Virus record (IMG/VR): IMGVR_UViG_3300017791_000355
Location: 71,662-135,661 of that record
Length of the DNA: 64,000 nt
Origin: a virus
Lineage: Duplodnaviria > Caudoviricetes
Reading direction: 5' to 3' (one strand)
The notes under the pieces: model-generated
What the model was told of the DNA's origin: nothing
What the model saw: only the letters and a program-made list of their open reading frames with translations
Database searches by the model: none
Part shown: piece by piece, positions 12,226 through 22,747 of the stretch
How the letters are laid out: each line of letters starts with the position of its first letter
Numbering within the stretch: position 1 is the stretch's first letter
Made by a program: the position numbers and the translations under genes

Positions 12226-13098
12226 CTAACCGACCGCTTCCGTCCGGATCGCGATTTTCTTCGGGTCGTAGGACGTGATGACCACCTCGTCGACGGCCCC
12301 GCGCTTGCTGCCGTTGCTGTTGATCGAGCGACCGCACTTGACGTTGTCGACGTGGAAGTCCTCGTAGAGCGACCGTACGAAGGGCGTGTCGTTGTTCGAC
12401 AGCATCACGCGGACTCCGCGCTTGCTCAATTCCTGAGCGTGTTCGGCGAGCTCAGTCTGCTGCTGCTTGCCGAAGGCGTCCTTGGTGTAGGACGTGAAAT
12501 TGGACGTCTTCGAGACGGGGTCGTACGGCGGATCGAAGTACACGAAGTCGCCCTCGACCGCATCTGCAGTAGTCGCGGCGTACTCGCCGGTCACCAGTCG
12601 GGCTCTTGCCAGTACCTCGGCACTGGCGCGCAGTGACGCGGGGTCGAAGATCGTGGGATTCTTGTAGTCACCCTTCGGTACATTGAATCCGCCGTCGCGG
12701 CGGACGCGCCACAAGCCGTTGAAGCACGTCTTGTTGAGGTAGAGGAAGACCGACGCTCTGTCGATGACGTCGAGTTCACGACGACGCTTGTTCCACAAGT
12801 CACGGATCTCGTAGTAGTAGTGTCCGTCGATTCCGTGTTCGATTTTGTGAATCTCGAGCCGGTCGATCACGGCCTGCACGTTCTCCGCGACCGCCTGGTA
12901 TGTCTCGATGAGAGCGTCGTTCGTGTCGCCCAGCGCCGCCTTGGACGGGTTCAACGCGAAGAACAGGGCACCGCCTCCGACGAACGGCTCGTAGTACCGA
13001 CCGAAGGTTCTCGGCATTCTCGACAACAGCTGACGAAGAAGCCTCGTCTTGCCTCCCGCCCACTTCACGATAGGTCCCGCGCTCGACATCCTGGACAT
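12226..13098 (-). CDS. dam: DNA adenine methyltransferase (Dam/D12 class)
   Basis: KWAGGK, YYEPFVGGGA, YLNKTCFNGLWR and YFDPPY motifs. Confidence 0.93.
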   Translation of the reverse strand: MSRMSSAGPIVKWAGGKTRLLRQLLSRMPRTFGRYYEPFVGGGALFFALNPSKAALGDTNDALIETYQAVAENVQAVIDRLEIHKIEHGIDGHYYYEIRDLWNKRRRELDVIDRASVFLYLNKTCFNGLWRVRRDGGFNVPKGDYKNPTIFDPASLRASAEVLARARLVTGEYAATTADAVEGDFVYFDPPYDPVSKTSNFTSYTKDAFGKQQQTELAEHAQELSKRGVRVMLSNNDTPFVRSLYEDFHVDNVKCGRSINSNGSKRGAVDEVVITSYDPKKIAIRTEAVG

Positions 13099-15128
13099 AA
13101 CTCCGCTAGACGCGTGCCGCTTCCGTCACGCGTAGAACGATCCGCCGCAGGCCTCGCACATCCAGAAATCCTTCCCGTCCCTCGACCACTCGTCGGGCCA
13201 CTTGATGACGCGCCCGCCACCTTCGCACCCATCGAGTCGGCAGATGGGCGTCGTGCGTTCGGGTCGAACGTGCTCGGGCACGCCGTCGCTGAACTCGCAG
13301 CGGTAGTCGCACGTGACGAAATTGTTCGTGACATGGGTCCCGGGGTGACCGCAGGGCGCTGTTCCGCGCTTACCGTTTCCCCGCTGACCGGAAACCCCGT
13401 CAAAGATCCAGTTTGAGTCGATCGCGGCCTTGTCGTCAGAACTGCTCACGACATCCCACTCGAGGACGGGAAGAGCTGCATCACTCGACGAAGAGAGTGG
13501 AGGACCTCCTCGTCGGTGCTGCCAGGAAGTTGGGCTCGCACCTCGTCCACGACTTCCCGAATCTCGGGGTCGTCGAGTCCAACGGTCATCAGCGCCACGT
13601 AGAAGCGATCGCCGCTGGGCGTACGCTCGTAGCTGTCGGTCATCGCTCGATCTCCTCGCGCACGCGCTCCCAGTAGCGGCGCAGGTTCTTCAGAACCTGG
13701 AGCTCGCGTCCGCGCCGCCCGAGGTTCGGCGGGACAGAGAAGCCGCCCTCGCAGAGAAGTCGAACCGTGACGTCTTTCTCGGCGTGGTCGACTACGGTGT
13801 TGGCACGTTCCCCGTAACCAAACCGCCTCCGCGACGCCGCGTAGGCTTCCTGCTTGGCGTTCTCTGCGGTGTCACGCGCCTCGCGAACTAGGCACTCGCC
13901 GCAGACCTGGACGTTGGTACCGAAGACGCTGTGCACGCCGGTCACCGCGTGGACCTGGCCGCACTTCGGGCACGTCGCCTCGGTGAGGAGCGCCATCAGG
14001 CCGCCTCCTTGAGTTTTTGCGCCCGGAGCCGCAGTCGACGCTCACGGGAGCGCTCGGTCGAGGACTTACCGCCCTCGTCGGTGACGATGTAGACGGTCCG
14101 GTGTCCGGCCTTCGTCAACTGCGCGCCGAAGACTCGGACGTGGATCAAGTCGAGGTCGCGGTCGTAGACGAACCCAAACGACCCCACGATCGCGACCAGG
14201 ACGTCGCGATCGTGGGGTGCCGTGGCCGCGGCGCGGGCGCGAGCTCGAACGAGGGCGTCCTCGACCCTCACGACGACCTCTCTGGCCGCTGATCATCGAC
14301 CACGAGCAGCGCGAGCGCCGTCCGCGAGAAGTCCCAGTTGATCTTGAGGGGAGACTCCCCGCGCAGACGCGCGCCGATCACGACCTCGACCTGCAGCCCG
14401 AGCATCTGGTTCACGTCGGTGACGCCGTACTCGCTCCACAGGCCCGCGAGGACCTGGCGCAGGACGGTGTCGCGAATGATGGTCGAGGCGCGCTGTAGGT
14501 TCTGGGACGTCGCGGCCTGGCCGGAGAGATCCTCGAGCGCGATCAGCCGCGCGTGCCGGAGGAGGGCGGTGATGCCGGGGGTCGGGGTCACCACTTCACC
14601 TCGTAGGCCCAGTAGTCGCCGAACCGAGCGCCTTCGTCGTTCCAACCTTCGACGTAGTAGGACTCCACCTTGAGTCCGAGCGTCTCGCAGGCCCTGGCCC
14701 GGAATTGATCGATCCGAAGCGACCGCTCGCCGCGGGCAGTGGCCTCGCGAATGAGTTGCGGTAGCTCGACGGCAGCCCACACCTCGGCCTTCGCGTACTG
14801 GTCGTCATACAACCTGGCGAGCTCACGCGCCTGCTCGAGCGTGCGAACACGATCGGCTTCCTTCTTCGCGAGGAGTTCCTGCTCACCCTCCGCGATCGCG
14901 TCCTGGATTGCCTTGTTCACTTGTCCCCCAGCGCGGCGCGCGCGAGTCGGCGCATGTACTTCTCGCCGTCGGTAGTTGTAGTCGACGAGCTCTCGTAGTC
15001 GCGGATCTCCAGGAGCGCACACCGTTGCAGGCGCACCGCGCTCACCAGAGCTTCGAAATCCAACTTGAGTTGTTCTGGGTCGTGCCCGAGTGCCTCGGCG
15101 AGGCGACAGTACTGATCGACTGAGGCGG

Positions 15129-15902
15129 TCACGCTGCCCCCGATCCGTGGCAGTCACACGTGCATCCACCTGGTGTACAGCCGCAGTTCTCCTGACAGCA
15201 CGCGTAGCAGCGTGGTCGATTCACCGGGGCCGCGAATTGTTGATACTTCTCCTCCGCCCGCTTTGCGCGCTCCCTTTGATCGGGTGATAGAACGGCCAGA
15301 TCCAGTGCTGGCGCCGCCGGCACTGCCCCTGATACGAGCCGCTCACCCCACGGGTACTCGGGCACGATCTCGGCCAGGAGGCGCCGTGCCGCGACCGCGT
15401 TCCGCGGGTCATTCCAAAAGGGATTTCGTCCCGATGGATGAGGCAGGGACACGAACAGAAAGTCCGCGTCGTCGACCGTCGCTCGTGCGTGCGTGAACGG
15501 GGCGATCTTCCCTCTCCCGACCGACGACGAACCACCGGCCAACTCGTTCTCGAACGCCTTGTTGAAGATCTGGGTGACCTTCGACCCGAGCAGGATCACG
15601 GTCCGCCACGGCGCCGACGACACGACCAGGTTCATGGCGCGATTGCGCGCCGCCTTCCGCGACCACTTCTCCACGCAGAGGTTCGTGCGCCAGATCGCGA
15701 GGTACGTCTGCCTGGACACCGCGAGGATGCGGTCGCAGAGCCGGTTGCCCGCGCAGCCCTCGGGGAGCGGGTACAGCGCGTGCTCGGGCGCCATGCTGAT
15801 TGGGTTGTCCTCACCGAGCAGAAGTAGGCGACCAGCGCTCTCGGGTACCCCGCGGAACTTCGTTCGGCACGCGCCGGCGTACTCGAGGTGCAGGTCCGTC
15901 AC
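15129..15902 (-). CDS. Uracil-DNA glycosylase-superfamily protein
   Basis: LLGEDN, RTNL, ILLG and LPHPSGRN match UDG-fold motifs A and B. Has a Cys-rich tail. Confidence 0.6.
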   Translation of the reverse strand: MTDLHLEYAGACRTKFRGVPESAGRLLLLGEDNPISMAPEHALYPLPEGCAGNRLCDRILAVSRQTYLAIWRTNLCVEKWSRKAARNRAMNLVVSSAPWRTVILLGSKVTQIFNKAFENELAGGSSSVGRGKIAPFTHARATVDDADFLFVSLPHPSGRNPFWNDPRNAVAARRLLAEIVPEYPWGERLVSGAVPAAPALDLAVLSPDQRERAKRAEEKYQQFAAPVNRPRCYACCQENCGCTPGGCTCDCHGSGAA

Positions 15903-16080
15903 TTGACCCCCGTCTCGAGCTCGAGCGCGGCCTTCTCGAGTTGTCTGGCGAGCTCGCGCGCGGTCCCGGCAGTGAGCGGATAGTCGTCGCTCCAGGGTCG
16001 GGTAGGGTCGTCGGCGGACAAGACGATGACGCCCTCGCGCACTTCGACTTCGAGGAGCGTGGGGATGGTCTGGAGCGACA

Positions 16081-16422
16081 TCAGTGATCCCCTCCACCGA
16101 AGTCCCCGCCGCCGGAGTCGCTCAACCACGAGTCGCACGACCCGTGGTCGAGCCCGGTGTGGTTGACCTCCGCGCACGCGGCGTGAGCGCCGTGGTCATG
16201 CGATCCGGTGTCGGAGTCAGCGGGCAAGATCACGTTGGACCACACATGATCGTCCAAGAAGGGAGTCGCAGCCGTGGTCCCGGAGAACGACCAGTCGCCA
16301 TGCGGACGCCGGTACTTGCGCGGTCGCCCGGACCTGCGACGAGAGCGAATCGACAGAGCGACCGCGATCCAGACAATCGCGGCGGCGGAGGCAACGGTGA
16401 TCAGGAACCAGGTGGCATCCAT
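16081..16422 (-). CDS. Small membrane protein with acidic/Gly-rich tail
   Basis: N-terminal TM segment and a DSGGGDFGGGD tail; the ATG directly follows a promoter palindrome. Confidence 0.55.
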   Translation of the reverse strand: MDATWFLITVASAAAIVWIAVALSIRSRRRSGRPRKYRRPHGDWSFSGTTAATPFLDDHVWSNVILPADSDTGSHDHGAHAACAEVNHTGLDHGSCDSWLSDSGGGDFGGGDH

Positions 16423-16776
16423 GTCCAGTGTAAACACCTGGACGGTCCAGCTGCTTTCACGAAAGTGGAGGGAGGTACTCGATCCAGTCGCTCTCAAGTA
16501 CGCCGGACGCCCACTGGGTCCGCAGCGCGTAGTAGGCCCACGGTTGTCCGGCGTCCCCTGGAAATACGTCCGGCTTCTTGATTCCTGGACAGTTGCAGCG
16601 CCCCAGTTTCCACGACGGCCACCCAGCTACCGCGGCCGCCGCACGCTCGGCCGAGCGCCAGACCTTCCTCGAGTCCTCGTCCAGGTCGTCCCAAGGCTTG
16701 AACTTGATCCGAGGCTCGGGACGCTCGTTGGACCGTGGGCTCCCGATCTCGATCGGGTAGTCGCAGTCGGGGCAGG

Positions 16777-17082
16777 TCACAGAGAGTCGCCGGCCAACTG
16801 CTCGCGTACCTTACCAGCCGCGATCCAAACCACGAACCTACAGGCAGCGACCACACCGCGCTCGAACTGGCGCGGTTTGAAGGTCACGAACCCTAGTTGT
16901 TTGGCCTGCTTGATCGCGTCCTTATCGCCAGTAATCACAATTTCGGCATCCTCCGCGACAGCCCGATCGAGCCAGGTCTCGTCTCGTTCGGGCCCTTCAG
17001 CTGCCACTACCACCTCGTGACCAGCCACGCGCAACACATCAATACCGCGCCTGCCAACGCACACGTCGACAGCGATCTTCAC
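16777..17082 (-). CDS. DUF5615/PIN-like domain protein
   Basis: Pattern MKIAVD..V......L...GH.V......D..WL..A......VIT.DKD. Confidence 0.7.
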   Translation of the reverse strand: MKIAVDVCVGRRGIDVLRVAGHEVVVAAEGPERDETWLDRAVAEDAEIVITGDKDAIKQAKQLGFVTFKPRQFERGVVAACRFVVWIAAGKVREQLAGDSL

Positions 17083-17708
17083 GCCGCACCCGGCCCGTCG
17101 TCCTCGACCGGTCCGTCGCACTCCGCGCACGCGACCTTGGGATCGTCGTTGCACGCCGAGCACAGCGGGACGAGCTGGAGGTGACCGATCTTGCGCGGGC
17201 GGACACCCTTGACCTCGGCCTGTTTCCACGTCGCTTCTGCTTCGCTCCGTACGCTGAGGACGGCAGACCACGGAAGCGTGCATTGGAAAGGTGCGCCGCT
17301 GAACGTCAGCGCTCCAGAGATGCCGCGCTCGTCGACGACGAGGTCAAGAACAGGGGGGTGGAGATCGTAGCCGATTCGCAGGACGAGTGCCGGGTCACTC
17401 TTGTACTTCGGAGGTACCACCACGTTGTCACACGTGGCGTTGACGGCGACGAGAACCGAGCCTCGAGACAGCATGTCCTGGAGCGGTTCAACGTACAACT
17501 TCGACCACACGTCGTCGACGGTCATCGCGATGCACGATTCCTCGGTCGAGACCCTGTCCCCGACGAGAGTGTCGAGCTCCGCCTCGAGTTCCGCGAGTTG
17601 CTTCCTGGCGACGCGCGCCATCGACTCGCCGAACGTGACGTTGTTCCTCGCGACCACGATCGCGTGGCCGACCTCGATGATGCGTTCCTTGCTCACGATA
17701 GACTCCAA
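17079..17708 (-). CDS. sspB: SspB-like ClpXP adaptor (myxobacterial type) with N-terminal coiled coil
   Basis: Core VVVP......LVLRIGYDL.PP..DL.VD..GISG.LTFSG.PF.C.LPWSAV, plus a HLQLV segment resembling the ClpX-binding tail. Confidence 0.75.
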   Translation of the reverse strand: MESIVSKERIIEVGHAIVVARNNVTFGESMARVARKQLAELEAELDTLVGDRVSTEESCIAMTVDDVWSKLYVEPLQDMLSRGSVLVAVNATCDNVVVPPKYKSDPALVLRIGYDLHPPVLDLVVDERGISGALTFSGAPFQCTLPWSAVLSVRSEAEATWKQAEVKGVRPRKIGHLQLVPLCSACNDDPKVACAECDGPVEDDGPGAA

Positions 17709-18610
17709 GAAATATCAAGTTGCTGTTGTGCGAGAATGCTCTCGGCCATGTTCCAGAGTTCGACCAAGCGGTGAGCGTGAGCTTGGGCCATCACCTCGAA
17801 GAAGCTGCCAGGGCGAACGTCTTCGCCGAACGTCTCGCGGAATTGCCGGACTATCTGTTTCCTGATCTGACGCGTCGTCGGTATCCGACGCTTCCACGCA
17901 ATGTCCGCCGCGGTGGTCGTCGGATTGTGGAGCGCGTTTCCGCTGGCCCCGTACCGGATCGGCGGGACGTCCTCGTGTCCGGGGGCAGGTACGTCGTGCT
18001 CACCGAACATGGACCACCACGCCTGGAGCGCCTCGCGCACGAGGTACATTACCTGTCCGGTCGGGACCAGGTCATCGAGCATCGCGTCGTGGAGCACGAC
18101 GAGTGTCTCGCGGAGAGTCCGAAGTGCCGACAGCGTGGTCACTCTTCCCCTAGAAGCGTCGTGTCGGCGATAGTCGCAATCGTCGCGCGCAGACGATGGT
18201 CCACCTGCTGCCCGACGCTGCGATTGAGCGCCTCCGATCGAATCTCGCGGAGCGCCTTCCGATATCGCTCGAGTTCGTCGAGCAGGTTCACGAGAGTTAG
18301 TTTCGTGATCGGTACGCTCTGCCCGGAAGCGTCCGACCAGTTTGGTCCGTCTCCCCAACTCGCGAGCCACTCGCGAAGGGACTCGATGTGTTGATCGTCG
18401 ATCATACCACACTCCTCCAATACTCAACCCACCGTTCGTTAGGTGGTTGCCACGTCGTGAATGCGGTCTCCACGTCGTACAGCGTCCAGTGCAGCTGACG
18501 CCACGCATTCAGGTACTGGCCGGAGTCGCGACACCACTCGTTGCCGAACTGCTGGGTCTGCTGAACGGCCTGGTGGAGGACGCCGGCGACGAGTTGGAAA
18601 ACGAACTCGC

Positions 18611-19864
18611 TCACGCTGCGCTCCTCGCTTTCTCCGCCGCGCATTCGGAGCACTTCTTGCTGTCGTGACTTCGTGTCCACGGGACAAGGCGCCCGTCGTG
18701 GACGACCTTCTCCGCACCCTTCTGCCAACAATCCATCAGCGTCGGGTCAACCTCAACGGCGTCCGCGACGTCCGGGCACACGCGGCGGAGGCACGCCTCC
18801 ATGACCTCACTGATGCGCCACGCACCGTCACTCCCCATCGAACGTGGGTGTTCGCCGATCAACTCGTCGTGCTGGAAGACCGAGATGTGCGAGTCGAAGA
18901 GCGGCGAGTCGAGGCCCGCGTACCGAGACCGCTTGCTGTTCGGGAACAACATGTCCGGGACGCGAACTGTCCGGTCCCAGCACTCTCTCGTACAGATCCG
19001 GTGGGCCATCTTGGCCGCGTCGGCGAGCAGTCCCGAGAAGAGTGTGTTCGAGATGACGCAGAACGGGGTCTCCGCGCTCGCCCCGACCTTGCGGATGCGC
19101 CCTGAGTAGAACTGCGCGATCTGCATCGGGTCGAGTTGCTGCCACGGCTCGAAGATCTCCTGCCACCACGGCCAGAGGTCGAAGAACCTCGGCTCGATGA
19201 CCATGCCGTCGTCCACGCAGCCCGACGTGTACTTGAAGTACTGCTCCTGCTCGGGCCACTGGCGCTTCCAACCGTTCTCGAACTCGACGCCGAGTTCGAG
19301 GCACGAGGCGCACATCGGCGTGATGGGACGCTCGCGACCAGGCTTGCCCCAGGTCCTTCGCTTGTTGCGACCGTCCTTGCCACCGCAGTACTCGCCGCGC
19401 ATCAGGGCGCAGAAGCGGAGTCCCTTGAACCCCGGGACGAGATTGCCGTTGCCGTCGTCGACCATCGACGGTCCCTCCGGGTGCGGCGTGTCTTCTCCCT
19501 GCTTGCGAGCCTGGAACACGAGGGTCGGAACGCCGCCGCCGCCCTGCTTGCTGAAGTTCCACGGCTTCGAGCCCTGGCGACAGTTTGCGTGCATCAGGAT
19601 CTTCTTGGAGAAGTCCTTCAGGTCGATGCCCAGCATCGTGCACGCGAGCGCCGCGTGAGGGTCGATCTTCGCGAGCAGCTTCTTCGCGAGCTCAGAGTGG
19701 CCGACGATCCAGAGGCAGACCTGGGCCCAGGTCACCATCTCACCGGCCTTGTAGTCTTCCGAACTGAGGACGCAACCGTCGTCTAGCGGACGCGCGATGG
19801 TCATCATGCGCGCGGCGTTGGTTGCCGAGTCGGTGACGTCAAAGTTGGGGATGTCCTGGATCAC
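18611..19864 (-). CDS. DNA polymerase family A, C-terminal part (palm/fingers)
   Basis: Motif A (SSEDYKAGEM), DPH, motif B (RQGSKPWNF) and motif C (FQHDEL). Confidence 0.85.
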   Translation of the reverse strand: MIQDIPNFDVTDSATNAARMMTIARPLDDGCVLSSEDYKAGEMVTWAQVCLWIVGHSELAKKLLAKIDPHAALACTMLGIDLKDFSKKILMHANCRQGSKPWNFSKQGGGGVPTLVFQARKQGEDTPHPEGPSMVDDGNGNLVPGFKGLRFCALMRGEYCGGKDGRNKRRTWGKPGRERPITPMCASCLELGVEFENGWKRQWPEQEQYFKYTSGCVDDGMVIEPRFFDLWPWWQEIFEPWQQLDPMQIAQFYSGRIRKVGASAETPFCVISNTLFSGLLADAAKMAHRICTRECWDRTVRVPDMLFPNSKRSRYAGLDSPLFDSHISVFQHDELIGEHPRSMGSDGAWRISEVMEACLRRVCPDVADAVEVDPTLMDCWQKGAEKVVHDGRLVPWTRSHDSKKCSECAAEKARSAA

Positions 19865-20151
19865 CGGAACCCTCCGTCGCTTCGCTCGGTGCGACGGTCC
19901 TCGTCACCGGGGTCATGGAGCGTGCGCTGCGCGTTGCAGCGACAGCCTCCCATCCACCGAGCGCCGCCGAAAACGCGCTCGTCCGGCTCCCAATGTCCGT
20001 CCCAGCACTTGTATCTGCCCATTGCGTAGGGGCACGCGACGTGCTGGTCCCTGGGTTTCACGACGAACGTGGGGACCTCGTCGCAGACCGAGCAGGGCAC
20101 GTCGATGCCCGCACGACCCAGTTCCACGCAGACCTGACAGGGCTCCATCAC
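19861..20151 (-). CDS. Cys-rich hypothetical protein between the polymerase halves
   Basis: 96 aa, with 4-bp overlaps to both neighbours. Confidence 0.5.
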   Translation of the reverse strand: MMEPCQVCVELGRAGIDVPCSVCDEVPTFVVKPRDQHVACPYAMGRYKCWDGHWEPDERVFGGARWMGGCRCNAQRTLHDPGDEDRRTERSDGGFR

Positions 20152-20639
20152 CTCAACTCCTCGTCAACCTCAATGCCGATGTGCTCGCGCACGACTCGCG
20201 CCACGCGTCGCGCGAGGCGCTCGATCTCTCTTCGGGACTTGCCGTCGTCCGCGTACTCGCGAACGAGCCTCTGTCCTAGCCCCGAGCCCCTCGACATCCC
20301 CGCCGCCGCGTATCTAATCAGGTCGTTTCGCTGCTTGTCGGACAGGTCTACCCCGAGCAGTTCAAGAGCCCGCAGTTCGATTGCCATCGCGCGGGCCTCC
20401 TCGACGTCCCTCCACGCGACTGCCATGCGGTCGAGGGAGCTCGCGATCGACGTGTACATCACGCTTCGCGGCCGTGCGCGGTGCCCGAGCGAGTACCAGT
20501 GCGCGAGTTCGTGCACCGTCGACTCGACAGTGTCGAGCGCGCCGTCGAACGCGTTCCCGAACGCGGTACCCATGTCCCACAGCGCGAACAGCGCCGTGCA
20601 CGCGCCCTCGAGCTCGGTGAGTCGGACCTGGTCGATCAC
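20148..20639 (-). CDS. Helical hypothetical protein between the polymerase halves
   Basis: The GTG start overlaps the stop of the Pol N-terminal ORF. Confidence 0.55.
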   Translation of the reverse strand: MIDQVRLTELEGACTALFALWDMGTAFGNAFDGALDTVESTVHELAHWYSLGHRARPRSVMYTSIASSLDRMAVAWRDVEEARAMAIELRALELLGVDLSDKQRNDLIRYAAAGMSRGSGLGQRLVREYADDGKSRREIERLARRVARVVREHIGIEVDEELR

Positions 20640-22309
20640 GCCGCCGCCCCCTCGACGATCCACTCGCCAGGCTGGAGCACGTAGTCGATCGGCACCTGGA
20701 CGTGCTCGACGCGAGGACCGCGGGCGACGAAGCACTCGCGAAGCGACGGGATGTACTGGCCGGTCTCACGGTCGACGAAGCCTGGCGCCCTCGGAAAGAG
20801 CTGCACGTAGCCTCTGTACGAGACGCGTCCGTTCTCGAGGAGGACGTTCGACTTCAGGAAGATTCCGACGTCGCGCCACTTCTCGGGAACGCCGAGGCTC
20901 GTCACGCACGTCTCAGCGTGCGGGAACTTCTTCGTGCCGTGCTCGCCGCAGTGCACACACACGCGCCCGGTACGGAGGTACGGCACGTAGTCCTTGAGAA
21001 CCTTGCCGTCTTCCCCGAAGTCACCGTACGACATCAGGAACTCGTCGCCACTCTCGTGGCACGCGTCGGCGCCGAACGAGACGCCACCGCCCTCGGTCCG
21101 CGGCACGTCCTTCGTGAGGAGTAGCCCGGTCCCGTCGCACGTGACCTCGCCTTCCGGTCCCTCGCAACCCTTGAGCTTCACGTTGTGATGAAGGACTCGC
21201 CCCGCGTTCTCGCACGTCGCGCAGGTCGCCACGGTGGGCTCCTTGACCTTCCCACCCGCCTTCCACGGCTGACACCGGCCCTTGCAGTCCGGGCAGCGCA
21301 GCGTGGGCTGCTCATGGTGGGGGACCTTCCCCTCGCCGGCGCAGTGAGGGCAAGGCTCGGTCGACCCGTACTCGACCGCGATCATCTTCTTCAGGATCGC
21401 CTGGCTGACTGAGCCGTCGTCCCGGATGATGCCGGCGTCGATGAACTTGCCGATTGACCCGGCACGCTTCTTCTTGAAGTACGTCTCGATGACGTCGACC
21501 TTCGACTGGTCGACCCACAGGCCGTGCGCGTCGCCGAGCGCGAGGCAGATCGCGGAGTAGGTCTGCGTCGCGACCTCGTGGAGATTCAGGTGCGGACGGC
21601 GGACGAGGCACTGGGAGGAGAAGCGCGTCGAGCCGCAGTCGAGGCACGCGCCCGCGTCGGACCAGTTGTGGCTCGAGGAGACCTTGGGTAGGACCCCGAT
21701 CTGGGCGAGCGTGACCTCGTGGGTGTTCTTGCCGTCGTCGACGGGGTAGTCGCGCGCGGCCTGCGGGAGCTTCTCGAGCGGCCAGTCGTCGAACTCGCCG
21801 TAGCGCAGCTTATACTCATCGTTCGACTTCGCGTCCTGTCGGCCGAGCACGAGGTCCACGACCATGGACAACGAGTACGAGCCGGGCTTGCCGGTCTCGG
21901 GATTCTTCAGCGGTCCGCCGGTGCGCGGATCGCGGCCGAGGGTGCCCTCCGCGATCGCGCAGAGGACTTGGGTGACCAGGGGATCGAACACGCGGCCCTG
22001 CTCGAGCAGCGCGAAGACGTGCGGCCAGATGTCGATCCCGCGTCGCGCGAACTCGTCGGCGATCACCAAGACGTCGAACGCGAGGTTCGCGTTGTTGAGG
22101 ATCGCGCTCGGGTCCTCGAGGACCTGCGCGAAGAGCTCGAGCACGTCGTACTTCGAGAGCAGGGCCCCGACGATGTTCCCCTGGGGATCGAGCCACCCGG
22201 CCGAGCCGAGGACGAGCTTGGGGACGGGGACGCCCTTCTTGATGGCCCAGGTCTCGGTGTCGATCGAGACGGCGGTCTGGGCGAAGGTCTGGAGGCGAGC
22301 GAGCCGCAC
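20636..22309 (-). CDS. DNA polymerase family A, N-terminal part (3'-5' exonuclease and thumb) with Zn-finger insertions
   Basis: ExoI IDTET, ExoII N.AFD and ExoIII Y..DD, then GRVS...Q..PR and LRECFVAR, which normally directly precede motif A. Confidence 0.85.
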   Translation of the reverse strand: MRLARLQTFAQTAVSIDTETWAIKKGVPVPKLVLGSAGWLDPQGNIVGALLSKYDVLELFAQVLEDPSAILNNANLAFDVLVIADEFARRGIDIWPHVFALLEQGRVFDPLVTQVLCAIAEGTLGRDPRTGGPLKNPETGKPGSYSLSMVVDLVLGRQDAKSNDEYKLRYGEFDDWPLEKLPQAARDYPVDDGKNTHEVTLAQIGVLPKVSSSHNWSDAGACLDCGSTRFSSQCLVRRPHLNLHEVATQTYSAICLALGDAHGLWVDQSKVDVIETYFKKKRAGSIGKFIDAGIIRDDGSVSQAILKKMIAVEYGSTEPCPHCAGEGKVPHHEQPTLRCPDCKGRCQPWKAGGKVKEPTVATCATCENAGRVLHHNVKLKGCEGPEGEVTCDGTGLLLTKDVPRTEGGGVSFGADACHESGDEFLMSYGDFGEDGKVLKDYVPYLRTGRVCVHCGEHGTKKFPHAETCVTSLGVPEKWRDVGIFLKSNVLLENGRVSYRGYVQLFPRAPGFVDRETGQYIPSLRECFVARGPRVEHVQVPIDYVLQPGEWIVEGAAA

Positions 22310-22310
22310 T

Positions 22311-22349
22311 GTCCAGGAAGAACGCCTGGACCGGGGTCGGAGCTTCCGT
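22311..22349 (-). promoter_or_regulatory. ECF-type promoter/palindrome upstream of the Pol N-terminal gene
   Basis: GGAAG-N19-GTT with a 21-bp palindrome abutting the GTG start. Confidence 0.65.
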
Positions 22350-22747
22350 CAGATCTCCGGGGTCGGCGCGATTTCTCGGACGTGCTCGGGGATCATGCGA
22401 AGACCCTCCTCGAGCGAATCGACGAAGGACCACGACCCGTGTCCCTCGCACGAGCACCCACCATACTCGGCGTGGATGATTCGTCCATCTGGCAGAACCG
22501 CGACCATGTTCGCGTGGTGGTGACCCCAGCCCTCGGAGTCGTCGTAGTGCTCGTAGAGCAGCGCGTAGCCGCCGTCGAGGGCGGTCTGGAGCGCCTGTTG
22601 GGAGCCGCCCAAGTCATTCGTGATGCATCCGTCGGCGCAGGTCCGGTATTCCTGGGGCATCGCAGTCACCTCGAGCACGAGCTCGCGGACGTCGCGGCCT
22701 TCCTTGAGGGCGTCCAGGAGCACGGAGATGAGGTCGTCGCGCGTCAT
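22349..22747 (-). CDS. Hypothetical protein between duplicated promoters
   Basis: 132 aa ORF with YGGCSC, flanked by near-identical 38-39 bp repeats. Confidence 0.6.
   Translation of the reverse strand: MTRDDLISVLLDALKEGRDVRELVLEVTAMPQEYRTCADGCITNDLGGSQQALQTALDGGYALLYEHYDDSEGWGHHHANMVAVLPDGRIIHAEYGGCSCEGHGSWSFVDSLEEGLRMIPEHVREIAPTPEI

Noticed and set aside
19861-20735. Intein or group I intron interrupting the polymerase
   Set aside because: I see no intein C/HN termini and no LAGLIDADG, HNH or GIY-YIG motifs. The interval is fully occupied by coupled ORFs. It cannot be formally excluded without RT-PCR.
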